64,000 nt of DNA from Paraspadella gotoi. Lineage: Eukaryota; Animalia; Chaetognatha. The notes beneath the pieces were generated by a model, which did no database searches, was not told where the DNA came from, and worked only from the letters and a program-made list of their open reading frames with translations. Position numbers and translations under genes: made by a program. Location: the NCBI GenBank assembly GCA_051294375.1, contig CM119263.1:10036432-10100431 (forward strand), written 5' to 3'. Below are positions 26,801 through 40,900 of this stretch, piece after piece; positions within the stretch are counted from its first letter, which is position 1; each line of letters starts with the position of its first letter.

Positions 26801-29619
26801 ATTTCTCACCTAAAATACAATGTAAATGTTGTGATTTTACAATAAACTTTGAATTCAGGAATCCGATAGCCATATGTGTGAAGGGCTCTCAAAATTTTTC
26901 TTTACTTTTTATTTGGTTATTTTAATATGATACAATCATGGTAAAGTGAATTAGTCCATTTTGGTGAAATTTTTATTTAAAGTAAAAGTAAAAAAGGAGC
27001 TAACGATCGGAATTCTAAGAGTTTTCAACCGGGAGTCAGATTCAGGAAAAATCTTCTTTGGCGAAAATCTTCCAAAGAAGGGGTGGATTTTCTGAAGATT
27101 TTGGTTAATATTTTCTATATTTAGGATCGGATTTTTTTGAAACTTAACAATAGCAATATTGCCATCATTCTACATTGGCCGGTAAAAGAATATATTTAAA
27201 AAAATCTGGCTTTTTTTGTCAGAGCTTAGTCCTAAGAATAATGGATTTCGAGTTAGGAAAACAATTTTGCAATTCTAAAAAAATCAGCCTCTAGCCTTTC
27301 AATTTTTCTAGAGGCTGATTTTTTATTTTTTTGATATTTTGATTTATTTATTTTTAATTATTTATTTATTTATCTATTAATTAATTATTGAATCAATCAA
27401 GTCAATCGTTAACGGCATTATTGTCGACGTCGCCATAGTCGTCATTGCTTTTGTCATGGTTAGTAATGAAAAGGCCTAAAACAAACATTTCGGATCAAAT
27501 TAATTAATTGCCTAATTAATTAATTAATTAATTAATTAATTACCGCTAATGATCGTGGGCAGATCGGACATTGTTTGCTCAAACTTGTTTTTCTTACAAT
27601 TCATTTTAATAATTTTTATACATTCAAATGCAAAAAATGAGTGAGAAAGAGAAAAGGATAAGAGAAGCAAGAGCATGGGTTAAAAAACAGGGGCAGGGAG
27701 AGGGAGAAAGAGTGGAAAAAGTTATTTTATTGCGATTAGAGGCAGAACGAGAACGATTGAGAGAAAAAATAGATAGGAAAGAAGGGAGAAAGAGAAACAG
27801 AGGGAGAGAAAAGCAAAGATAGAGCGGAAGGGAAATAAAGGTAAAAGAAGAAAAGAAGGGATGGCACAGATAATTATGAGGAGAGAAAAGTAAGAGAAAG
27901 GGAGAAAGACAGAGAGAAAGAGAGAGGGACAGAGAGAATACTCATAACTCAATACTCATAACAATTATTACTGTCTTTTCAGTAGCAGGATCTTTGGGAT
28001 ACCATGAAGTACATTGAACTTGGGGTTGAAAAGTTCTGTGGTGTGGGGGAACGTAGCAGAATTGGAAGAGAATTTATAATATCGACTTTGGTATTGTCTT
28101 AGATAATCGGTAGACGGATCGGGAGATTGGTTGGGAGAAGGGTCGGGAGATGGGTTGGAAGACGGGTCAGGAGATTGGTTTTTTAGATGGGTCGGGAGAT
28201 GGAGCGTAAACTGGATCTGCAATCCTGCTTGGCACAAATTTTGTGTTGTCTGAGTGAATTTCTCTTTTAAAGAGTTCAGAGTTTGCGTTTAGCCATTTTG
28301 ATGGGCGTTGGTCGCAGTGAGAAACGATGACAACATTTTTATAGGTATTAGAAGTTTCGGCAAAGGGGGAAAGGGGTCTTTTTCTCCGAGTTTTTTCCGA
28401 ATTCATCAAACCAACTTTTCCAAGCATAGATCATTTTGACTTCTGAGTTTATGGCAGTGATAATTGGCGCGAGTTTTTGGGAGTGGAGGAGAATTAATAT
28501 CATTTGTAGACTGAAGGGGCTGAATTTGATTTTCAAGGGCAGACGTTTTTTTATTCTTTTTTCCAATTTTGCTAATCTCTAATTGGAATATATAATTATT
28601 AAGTAGTCTCTTTGTAGATGAACGGGCCTGTCTAAAGTGTAGCGACTGTGAGCTTGAGGGGCGCGTGGTCAGTAGGAGGGCAGCGCAGCGTGGGCGTTGA
28701 GAATGAAAAGGTTGCGTGTTCACGAGAAGGGATCACCAATAAAGAGACAGAAATAATTGGTAAGCGACTTGTAAAGAGCGGGATTCGAGAGTGTATTTTC
28801 TGAAGATATTCGGCAATTAAGTAAACGATGACCTCAGAGCATAATCAAAGGAAAGATAATAATAACTGGTCAAGTGTACAAAAAGAGAGAGAGAGACATT
28901 TCACATCTTCGGCCAAAGTGAATGGCCTGTGGCTCGGCGAAGTATCCTCCACAATCCACATACATACATTTATTTATTTATTTATTTATTTTTAACTTCA
29001 TGAAATTGGCTCAACAAATATAAAAATTATCCATGCATTTCATAAACCGACTTTGGAAAGCCTATGGTGGGTTAAGGCCTCTGAGGCGGTATTACAAGGT
29101 AAGAGGATCCTGCAAACTCTCAATCAAGACTCAGTCTTGTTTATTCATTCCCAGAGTACATTGCTTTCCTATCAATGTTGTGGTAAAATATTTCAAAGAA
29201 TATTTGAGTTGTATATCTTGATTACAGGAAGCCGTCTCGGTGAGCGAAGAGGGTCGTCTTAATAGACTCCGTGACTGCGTCGAGCGACTTCCGCCGCCGC
29301 ACTTCAGGACTGTCTGCTTTCTCATGCGCCACCTGTCAAAGATGGCCGACCACTCCCACCTGACCAACATGCATGCGAGGTTGGTCGATCTTGCCGCTAG
29401 TTTCAGCTCCCAACTTCTTTCATTTGCACGTTTGTTGTCTCTCGTTTCAGGAATCTAGCGATCGTTTGGGCCCCTAATCTCCTCCGTTCTAAGTCGTTGG
29501 AACTGAGACCAACAACCGGAGCCGACGGTGATTTTTTTTTATATTTCTTTCTCTATTATTTTCTTTCTCGATCTTTTTTATTTTTTATCTTCTTTTGTTC
29601 TTTCTTTTTTTTTCTATTT

Positions 29620-29715
<96 letters not shown>

Positions 29716-32700
29716 GTTTCTTTTTGTCTAGTTAAAAGTCTCCAATTTTCTTAAGGATCGACTCTTTCCTGGAGCGACGTGACAGCGTCTGCTGCTCTCC
29801 ACAGCGTCGGAATACAGGTGAGTAGATCATGTAATTTTAAAACAAGAAGCGAAATATTTTTTGATGATTTCATCTTTTCAAAATATTTCGTCGTCATACG
29901 TATATAGATCCCCGTTAACACTTATTTTACTTTCATATCTTACGTCATTTAACGTAATTTCATCTGGCGGAGGGACATTTTCAGTTGCGCCGCAAGTACT
30001 CGCGGAGCAACTCTATAAGTCACTTATTGGTCGGACTGTCCCACTTACGTTAAAAATGCATATAGATTTAGATTTATTCAGAAAGACCATGGGTCGGCCA
30101 TGGGTCGCGGATACAAATGATCTCGGGTTACAGTAGGGGTAGCCGCACTCAATGGGGTGAGTCAAAAATTTAGAGTGAGTACATGCTCAAACGAATATTT
30201 AGACATTTTAAAGAATACTTTCAATGGACAAAAAATTTCTAATATGGCTCTATAACCTAGTAATTAATTTTTTAATATTTATTTATAGATAGGAAAGGCC
30301 AAAAATTTTTTTGATAATTTTTAAATTTTAAGACCAGATTCAGATAGCTCATAAAAAGTTATCTACACAAAAGTATAATTCTTTTTTAAATATTTTTACG
30401 ATAGAAAAACCGTAAAAAATCATCATCATCATCATCTTTCGATGATTTTATCAGTTTTTTTATATTTTCTTTTAGAAAATGTAAGAATTTTTAAAAGTTG
30501 TAATTATATTTCTTGTTTAACTTTTTATGCTCTATCAGAATCCATCCAAAAATTTTAAGATTTAAAAAAAAAATTTTTTGCTCGATATAGTAATATAATA
30601 TTTTTAATTAGGCTAGTACCCTGAGAAGAAAGCATTTTTGACAAAAGATATTTTAATACCATAACCTATGGTCATGATAGATTATTTTAATACTGTATAC
30701 ATTAGCATTTAAATTTCATCGGCTATGGCTAGTTACAGTGAAACAAATAATCACGGTTATTACAACATAATGCCAAAAGTTAATCGCAAGATACAAGTCA
30801 ACAGTACAAATAATCACGGGTAGTGTAATTTGGCAGGTCTAAATAAATATATTTTGAGATAATTACTGCTAATCAAAAAATTTGCTCACGGATATCAAAT
30901 GCATATGGATTTAGATTTATTGAGAAAGATTATGGGTAGGCTATGGGAAGGCCATGGGTCGCGGATACAAATGATCTTGGGGTACAGTGAAACAAATAAC
31001 CACGGTTATTACAACACAGATGCCAAAGGTTAATCCCAAGATACAATAGTACAAATAATCACGAGTAGTTATAATGGGCGTGGCTTCAAATCCTACCGCT
31101 GCCACCACATTGAAGGAAAAAGTCATGGATTTCTAGGATGAAATCGAAACGAAATTTATTCTGAGAATAATAATGTGACGGTGAGATAGATCAATTCTAC
31201 TGAAACTAAGGAAAGCTAGGTCTATTTATATCTGCAAGCTGATTGGTCGATTCCAATTTTAGCTCGACCAATCATGATTCAATGATTCCGATTCTGCGGA
31301 GATCGCCCGATCCTTCGATCCGATTCTGCTTTGGGTTAGGTTGATTCTCCTGCGATGATAATTACTGCTATTCAAAAAATTTGATCACGGATATCAAATG
31401 TAATTTCAAACTTTCTTTAATCCAAACGACAATCTTTATCTCTAAGTCTAACTGTGGATTGTAATTGGATCTTTTCAACACTTTTCTCGAAAACGAAATA
31501 TAATTAAGACAGGAAAAAACCTCAATTCTAAGTGACTGCAAGCGCCGCCTTCAGAAAATCCTAAAGCAATAAACAATAAAAGACGGAATTCCAATGCAGT
31601 GTGTGTCATAAATACACAGGCTCTTAGCGTTTTTTAGTCATGTCATGTCATATCATGTTATCAAAGGGAAATACACTTGAAAATAAAGTCACTGCCGCGC
31701 AACACATTGGATGAACCGATCTTGTTTTATTTACTCCTATTTATTAGAGGGAGAACCCAAAATTTATTTTTGCTATTTAACAACAATAATTACAGAAGAA
31801 ATTGATAAAATAGTAAATTTTCAAATGATTTTTCTTCAGATATTATTTACCTAAAATTTTTATATCTTCAACATCAAAAATTGAGAGGGATGGAGGGAAA
31901 GAGAGAGAGAGAGAAATAAATGTTTCCAACAAAGAATTCAAATAAGGACAGTGGTCAGTTTTACAGGGTAAGTTTCAGAAGAGAGAGAGAAGGTGGTGAG
32001 GAAAAGAAAATAAAATTTGGCAGAAGAGAGATGCAGAGGTCAACAATTAAATCAATACATTAGGCAATAAGGCGTAGTAAAATTCCTAAATTCAACCTTA
32101 ATTAAAATTCTAAAAGTGAGGAACAAACAACATTATACTAATGAACATTTATGTAATGAAAAAATTTAGAATAAATTTTACAATTTACGCAGTAGGCCAT
32201 ATTTATACTAGTACTAAACCAATAAATGTTAAAATTTCAAAACAGTTTTTAAAGATTTTTTTGCAGATTTGGATTCGTCATAAAAAGTTGATAAAAAGAA
32301 ATATAACTCTTTTTGAAAAATTCATTTATTAAGTGGGTCAAAAATTAGAAAAAGCTATATTTTAAGCTGAAAATTAACTTTTTATATATTAAATATAGTT
32401 TTTTTAATTTTGAACCCACTTAATGAAAGAATTTTTAAAAATAATTTATATTTTCTTTTATCAACTTTTGACGAGGAATTCAAATCCGCAATCAAAATTA
32501 AGAAAAGCCTATTTTGAAACTTTTTGATTTTATAAGGATAGTACTATATATAAATATAGCCTACTGCGAAAATTAAAAAACATAAAATTAATTTTTTTTA
32601 CAAATTAATGTTCACTGATGGTATGTTGTTCATAATTGACTTTTAGAATTTTCGTATGCAACTTTCACTACGCCTTATTAGGCAATGTACAGCAATGATA

Positions 32701-35700
32701 AAGTTAAAAAAAGGCAAACTTAATAAGTAATTAAACTAAAGTGCAATTTGAATTTGAAGAAAGTGAAAATAGTGAGAAATGAAAAAAGAAAAAGAGGGCT
32801 TGAGGGCTTTGATGTAGATCGCCTCTCTAATACCTCTTGAGAACCAATTGGGGTCATGGGACAGCACGAGACCGTCAGTTTCTCTGAACAGATGGCCAGT
32901 ATTTGCTGACTTGCATATGTAAAGTTGAAACTAGTATGCTTAATGTTAATAATATGTTTATATTGGTTGTACCAATTTCATATCGTTGTTGATGAAAGAA
33001 ATTCTTTTTTCTCACTAAATCTTAAAACGCAACGAAAGGATAGAAATAATACAATAACTTAACCGTTAACATATTTATTTAAATGGTTAATTTCGGTTAA
33101 TTTTAAAAAAATATTTTTTTCATTTATTGGTATTAAATCTTTAAATTTTTTAAAGAAAAGTTTTTTTTCTTTTCCTCTCTTATTCTCCTCTCCATTTTTT
33201 TCCCGCCTCTTTCTCTTGTCCATTTTTTCCGTTTTTTTAAACTCTTTTAAGGTCATTCACCTTAACAAGGCGTAATCTTTGATGTATTAGAGCTAATAAT
33301 ACTATTAGAGAGATACATGGTAATCACCAGTAAGGCGTAGTAAAATTTCAAAATTTAACTTTAATTAAAATTCTAAAAGTGAGGAACGAACAACATTATA
33401 CTAATGAACATTTATGTATAAAAAATTTATAATAAATTTTACAATTTACGCAGTAGGCCATATTTATACTAGTACTAATCCAAATAAAGTTAAAATTTCA
33501 AAACAGTTTTTTCTAAGATTTTTTGCAGATTTGGATTCGTCATAAAAAGTGATAAAAGAAATATAAATCTTTTTAAAAATTCCTTCATTAAGTGGGTAAA
33601 AAATTAGAAAAAACTATATTTTAAGCTGAAAATTAACTTTTTATATATTAAAATAGTAGTTTTGTAATTTTAACCACTTAATGAAAGAATTTTTAAAAAT
33701 AATTTATATTTTCTTTTATCAACTTTGACGTGGAATTCAAATCTGCAATAAAAATTAGGAAAAGCCTATTTTGAAATTTTTCGATTTTCATAAGGATAGT
33801 ACTAATATATAATATAGCCTACTGCGAAAATTAAAAACATAAAATTAATTTTTTTTACAAATTAATGTTCACGTGGTGTATGTTGTTTCATAATTGACCT
33901 TTATAATTTTCGTACGTAACTTTCACTTCGCCTTAATCACCAGTAATCACAAAAAAAGTTTTATTTATATGTAAACATTTTGTTTAAATAATTTTTTAAA
34001 TCGGTAAATAACAAAATTGTTAAATTAAATCGGTAAGCACATTTTTAAAGATTTGTTTTTTCAATCTGGTTGGTTGTTTTTCTTGGTAAGAGGATAAAAC
34101 ACGGTCAGGGATAATTTAGAAGGGGAGAGTTAAACATTTTTCCAGTCTTGAACTAGATTCCTACATAAATTTTTAAATTTGTCAGAACGTTTTTTCTTTT
34201 TTGTTTAAGAGAAGTTGCCTTTAAATACTTTAATCTGTTTAAAATATAAATATTTAAAAGTTAAATTATAAATGAACGGTTAACGGTTAAAAATGTTTAT
34301 ATTAACGGTTAACGCAAGTTCCTAAAAAAATTATGGTTAACAGAAACTCTATTCACAGGCAGTTGTGATTCGAAATATTGTATCGTTATGCGGATTCAAT
34401 TTTCACGCGATTGAGATTAACGACATCACTATGGGAAGGGCATGCCACCTCTGAACGCGTAAGTTTGACCTTTGTCGTCGAATCTACCCAGGAATAGTTT
34501 TTAATATTGAATGTATATCTTGCATTGATATTTCAGGTTAAATAAGTGATTTGGTACGATAAGGAACTTTCTTCGAAAATGAACCAAAACTTTTATAATT
34601 CACAACCATAATTATCCTTTTATTCTGTCAAGAAGTACGTTAATTACAATTATAGAAATATCTTTATTCATACTACATCAGCGTTGTAGAGAAGAAATGA
34701 CGACAATCTCCGCCTACATCACGCGTTGCGATTTTGATGGAGTGAGTTTAGATTGAGATTTCCACGTTTTCTTCTTGTGCTGCCTTAGATAAAAGTTTAA
34801 AGACAAGTCACATGGTGATCGAAGGGAGAATTGACTTTCCTAAAAAATAAATATTCACCTTTTCTCAGTTTTCGCGCGGCCGCATTTTTAGTCGGATCTG
34901 CTTATCAGCAAATTCCGACTCTATAATCCACTTAGTCGGTCCGCCGTTCCAACCTCCATTTTTATCATATCAGAACATCGAATTATGATAAATTATGCAA
35001 AAAAAATTATGTCCGTACGTCCGTCTTAGTGTCCATCCCACCTTAGCAATAAACTCCAATTACTTTTAATTGGATGAATGGATTGGAATGAAATTTTGTG
35101 TGTGGGTAAGAAAGCGTGTGCTTGAGTTGGATATAAAGTTTTGATGGAATCGTGAAAATGGAAATGATTTAAAATTGGAAAAACAAAATTGACATTTACT
35201 TGTCTCTTTTGATTTACATTAACTTATAATTCTTCAGGACATCCTTTGCAACCTTATTTACATTTTTGTCCTTGTTAATGTCAATTTTAATTCAACACTG
35301 TTCTCCGTAAGCACCCCATTTCTGTTCTTAATCCCTAAACTCAATATATTTAAGCTTATTTATAAAGGCGTAGTGAATGTTGCAGATCAAAATTTGAATA
35401 GTTGATCATGAACATAAACAGTCTTATATTAAAGAACATTGATATATAAAAAAAATTTGAACTTCCTAATTTTTGCATTAGCCCATATTTATACATTAAG
35501 GCGGATCTCTGTTGTATAATTTTTTTCAAAATCTTTTACCTCCCGATTTTTTTTTTGCCCTTTGTACTTCTCTTTCATTTCACAACAGCAATTGATTATT
35601 AAATATTCGGGATCACACGCATTTTTTTCAATTTATAAAAAAATAGCAAATCGCGAACTGTGATTGGTTAATATTGGTCACGTGACCTTAAAATCTTTGT

Positions 35701-36651
35701 ATTTTAAAAATTTTTTTAGGCTAAAAAGTTATTTGGAATGAATATTTCGCACAAAACAATTGACAAAGATGTTTAAACAATATCAACGAGAGTAAAACAG
35801 TTAGAAAGTAAGAAAGTGACTGAAACAAAGCAAAAGAAAGCCACACTCATCAACCGGGAAAATAATACTTGAATTTCTTCTCTTAATATTTTGCTCTTTT
35901 CTCTCTCTCTCTCTCTTACTTAATGTGCATATCTCTCTTTATTCTTTTTCCCTTAACCTCACTACCTTGTCTTTTCTTCTCCTTTTTGTATCATAATCTG
36001 CCCAGCTTCCTAACCCTCGTTTAAGACTTTGTTTTCCCCTCTTTGTTATCTAAAAAAAAACCAATTTATTTTTTTCCCAAGTGAAACGACCATTCCCTAA
36101 TTTGCCATTCGACCTCCCCCTGTGAGCTCAATATCCATTTCTTTCTCTTACTATTTTTTTAATATACATCCTCTCCATATCTTAGCTTTTTCTTTTCATC
36201 TTTCCATGACCATGGTTTAAATCGTCTGTTTGATGCGGTAGGCAAAGTTTTTGATAGTAACAATCAAATTTAAAGATCAAGTACCAGGCCAGAGAGACAT
36301 CAGGGTAGCCTTTTGACTCTTCCCGCAAGGAAGCCTACCTAGTCCATCACATACTGGCTCAACCGATATGACCTCTCAGCCACTGACGCGCCAATGACTC
36401 GACCACATCGTCACTGCCTTTCATTTGCTTCAACCAAAGGGGGCCAGCTCATTTTTGAGCTCTTTCTTAATTCTTAAATTTCACTTTCCACATTAATATC
36501 TTCCAAACTTAATTCTCCCTTTCACATTTCAATTTCACTGTTTCATACTCAATTATTTATTAAGTAGTTTATTTTTAAAATATTTATTTCACTGTTAGTT
36601 TAAATCATTTATCTCTGTTGTACATTGCACAATGTATTGTTTCTAATGTTT

Positions 36652-36701
<50 letters not shown>

Positions 36702-37920
36702 AATTTTCACCACTTAATTTCTTTTCACAATGTAGCTCAATCTGTCTTCACCTTAACCTGTCCTCACATCTGACCACTATTCTTTTCTCAACTCTGTGTT
36801 GGAGACTTTGCCCTCTCTCTGTCTCCCTCTTTCTCTCTCTCTCTTACTTTTCCTTTGCACAAATAATTTGTAAAAGTCACAAACAATTTTTCTATGGCGC
36901 TGAAGGCTTGTAATTTAAAGCCGAAATATGTACGTCCCTATGTACCAATAAAATCGTTGTAAACAAATTCAAACTTCTTCTACTAAAAATCAAATAAAAA
37001 TTTAATTTTAGTAAATGTGCAGACTATTATTTGATTTGATTTATTTAAACAAATTATATTCTTTTTCTCTCTCTCTTCTCTTTCTCTTTCTCTCTCTCTT
37101 TCTCTGTTGAAAGAAGCAATCTTTAAAAAGTGAGAAAAATGCTATGCTTCGTCTCCCTCTCACCCGGATTCCCTCAAATTCTTAGGACTCGAGTTTGACC
37201 GGCCTTTTTTCTGTCCGGTCAATATTTTCACCATATTTTATAAGTCGATTTTAGGAGGGAAACGAGAATACTTTTCAGTCCTGTTTTTAGACTCAATCAG
37301 AAACGTCTGCTTGTTTTTGGATCCCGTTTTTAGGTTTTTTTCGGTGATACTACTACTAAAGTTTCTTTATCAATACAAAAACATATTTTTTGAAACAGTC
37401 AGAAACGGGAGACGTTTGGATGCCATCTCCGCTAGCGAGAGAATAAGTCGCAATCGTCATAAACGTTTCTCACAGTAAAACTGGTATCTCTTGTGTATTC
37501 ATCTTCAAACCTGGATTTAACCTCATCTACCTAGTAGCTCATCAACGAAATTTGTCAGATCGTTGAAGATCAAATGAAAGTATTGGAGGAAAGAGGAAAG
37601 AAGTTTTCAAATTACTAATTTTGATAAATGTCTATGAATGAGTTGTATTCTTTGTATTTCCATATATCATTAGAGAATTGACAAAGTTTTTTGTTTGCAA
37701 CGAATTTTATTTTGATTTAACAGACATGTTTCGACTTGTTTTTACAAGCCTTCATCAGCGTTTTGACAGTTAGTTTGAAATTTATGCATAAGAAGGGAGG
37801 AGAGAGAGAGAGAGTAGGTTGAAAGTTTTCCAACAAAGTGGTGAGACAGAATAGTGGTCAGATGAGAGGACAGGTCAAGGTGAGGACAGATTGAATAAGT
37901 TGTGAAAAGAAGTGAAACTT

Positions 37921-37951
<31 letters not shown>

Positions 37952-40900
37952 ACAGGGATAAATAAATAATAAATGATACATTGTGCAATGTACAACAAAG
38001 ATAAATGCTTTGAAAAACTAAAATTAGTGAAATTTAACAATTATCAATTATTCCATATATCATTATAATAAGTGTAAACTGGAGTTTAGCCCAACAATGG
38101 CCAGCGCCGCAACTTTCAGTTTTAATTTTGCTTCTCGAATCAGATTCAGTCCCACATACCAACTCTTTATTGATGTAGGAAAGCAAAACTTAAAAACTCG
38201 ACAAAACCAATCGCTATCCTTGGAAAAGAAAAGACCTACCATTAAATTTGCCAAAAACAATGAATGAAAAATATCTTGTTTTGATTTTCATTTTATTCAA
38301 CTGCAAATGAGAAACCAAAAATACCCCTGTTACATCTTTCTGTCTCTCTCACTCATGACATAGATCCACTAGGAGTCCAGTAAAATTGATTTTGTATCAG
38401 GCATAAACTCTCTTTCTCTCTATATTTTAAAAACGTCTGGTGAATGATAGGACATATAAGGAATAATTTATAACAGGGTCTCACAAGTTAATTACAATTA
38501 AAATAAAATGATACAGAGTTGATGACCGATATTGAACCTTATCACCCATTCATCGACTTGGGTTTTTTTAATTAGAAGCATTAGCTTGTCCCTCTCCAGA
38601 CGATAGCGCAAACTACGACAAAAGCTGAGCTGTTTTGGTATCAAGGAAGCCCAGGGCACTATTTTTTACTCTTTAAATCTTTCTCACTCTCTCAATTTTT
38701 TTATCTTTTTTTCATGTCTTTGTAAGTTCTTTTAATGCTTGATTGTGAAGCAAGAAAAATACTTTACAATCTATGAAATAATAATTATTTTTTTTATTTA
38801 TTCAATTTAGAGACCTTTCATTTGACAATTATAATATTTGGGATAGAGAGGAACATAAAGAGAGAAAGAAAAAAAAATCTCGAATTAAATTATGTATCTT
38901 AATCTCATTTGTATATTATAATTTGCATATAGTGAAAAACGCCTAATGTGTGTAATAGTTATAAAAAGTTAGTTTCATATTTTCATTCTAGTCAATGACT
39001 AGTAACGAAATAACCGAGATGTAAACCTTAACTCCTTACTCGATCCACCTTATTATACATTGTACTCACCATAGAAAATGTAAAAATTATAAAATATTTG
39101 AAGAGACAGTAATTATTGTTATTTGTTAGTGATAGAACCGTTCAATATAAGCAGTCCCTGAGCTTCGGATTTTAGTTCACCCAGGCGTAGTAAAATTTCT
39201 AAATTTAACTTTAATTAAAATTCTAAAAGTGAGGAACGAACAACATTATACTAATGAACATTTATGTAATAAAAAAATTTATAATAAATTTTACAATTTA
39301 CGCAGTAGGCCATATTTATACTAGTACTAAACCAATAAATGTTAAAATTTCAAAACAGTTTTTTAAAATATTTTTTTGCAAATTTGGATTCGTCATAAAA
39401 AGTTGGTAAAAAGAAATATAACTCTTTTTGAAAAATTCCTTCATTAAGTGGGTCAAAAATCAGAATAAGCTATATTTTAAGCTGAAAATTAACTTTTTAT
39501 ATATTAAATAGTTTTTTTAATTTTTAACCCACTTAATGAAAGAATTTTTAAAAATGATTTATATATTTTTGATTTTTCGATTTTATAAGGATAGTATTAT
39601 ATATAAATCACCATATATATATATTATATATGAATCACCATACATCCCCCCTCCCGTAGAGAGAAGTCTGTTGTGTCTCTTCAGTGAATTGTTGTTGGTG
39701 GAAAGTGCATCACCAAGTTGAGGCATGTCGCCTGATGTGTTGTTGGCTGAAAGTGCATCACCAGGTTGAGGCCTGTTGCCTGAAAGTGTCGTTGCTGTTG
39801 TGTTCGGAAGTCGGGCTCACCAATGAAGAGACAGTAATTATTGTTATATGTTAGTGATAGAACCGTTCCATATAAGCAGTCCCTGAGCATCGGATCAGGC
39901 TGTAACACCATGTTACAGGCGGGTTAAGCGCCCCATCCCTCTTAACTGCTGGGCGGCCACCAGGCTAGAACCCCGGACCTTTGGGTTGGGAGGCGAATGA
40001 CTTGCCTCCGGCACCAATGGCCGCTGATGAACGGTTGGTGGATTTTAGTCCACCATATATTTTTTTTAGTTTTGAAAGCAGATTTAAATTCCTCATAAAA
40101 ATTTCAAAAAAAAAATACAGCAAGGTGTCCAGCCCTTTTGGTACTAAATTAAAGAAATCGTTTGAACGGGTAAATAAAATAATAATGGTATGAAAACTGG
40201 TACACATATAAAAAATTGTCTTGACTGCAAAATCTATTAAAATTTGTCTTTGGCAACCCTGACCTCCAAATGATCAGAGAAGGCGTCGTATGCTTTTGTG
40301 CCGCGCCCATTTGGAATGCTGCCATTTCTGCCACTATTAATGCTATCAGAAAGTCAAAGAGTTTAGGAGATTGTAGTCAGAAAAGCTGCGAGGTCAGAAG
40401 TCACCATCCTTCATCTTGATCCTTATAAAATCGAAAAATTTCAAAATAGGCTTTTCTTAATTTTGATTGCAGATTTGAATTCCTTATCAAAAGTTGATAT
40501 AAGAAAATATAAATCATTTTTGAAAATTCTTTCATTAAGTGGGTTAAAAATTTAAAAAACTATATTTAATATATAAAAAATTAATTTTCAGCTTAAAATA
40601 TAGCTTTTTTTAATTTTTGACCCACTTAATGAAAGAATTTTTCAAAAAGAGTTATATTTCTTTTTATCAACTTTTTATGACGAATCCAAATCTGCCAAAA
40701 AATCTTAGAAAAAACTGTTTTGAAATTTTAACATTTATTGGTTTAGTACTAGTATAAATATGGCCTACTGCGTAAATTGTAAAATTTATTATAAATTTTT
40801 TTATTACATAAATGTTCATTAATATAATGTTGTTCGTTCCTCACTTTTAGAATTTTAATTAAAGTTAAATTTAGAAATTTTACTACGTCTTAATAGTTAT

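Larger units (their letters stand above)
39099..40057 (-). mobile_element. Complete TRIM family F1: 5' LTR 40057-39824, PBS 39822-39810, PPT 39655-39645, 3' LTR disrupted by MITE Z
   Basis: 4-bp TSD TATT (39095-39098/40058-40061); PBS TGGTGAGCCCGAC; PPT GGGAGGGGGGA. Confidence 0.9.

Noticed and set aside
27968-28723. Minus-strand ORF pieces with SPDPS repeats
   Set aside because: Fragmented, driven by a 12-bp tandem repeat; possibly a retroelement 5' remnant but no diagnostic motif.
28901-28948. Hammerhead-like stem (ggcc...ggccGAAg) on the minus strand
   Set aside because: CUGANGA core absent.
39985-40010. HDV-like ribozyme suggested by GGCGAATG
   Set aside because: Could not build the nested double pseudoknot; the motif is the complement of the tRNA-like segment.
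39953-40024. Functional tRNA-Gly gene or ordinary tRNA-SINE
   Set aside because: D and anticodon stems do not pair properly, and the segment is internal to direct repeats bounded by PBS, PPT and a 4-bp TSD, with no SINE tail.
40024-40057. Hammerhead suggested by CTGATGA plus hairpin at the F1 LTR end
   Set aside because: No GAAA core or stem III follows, and it is on the antisense strand of the element.
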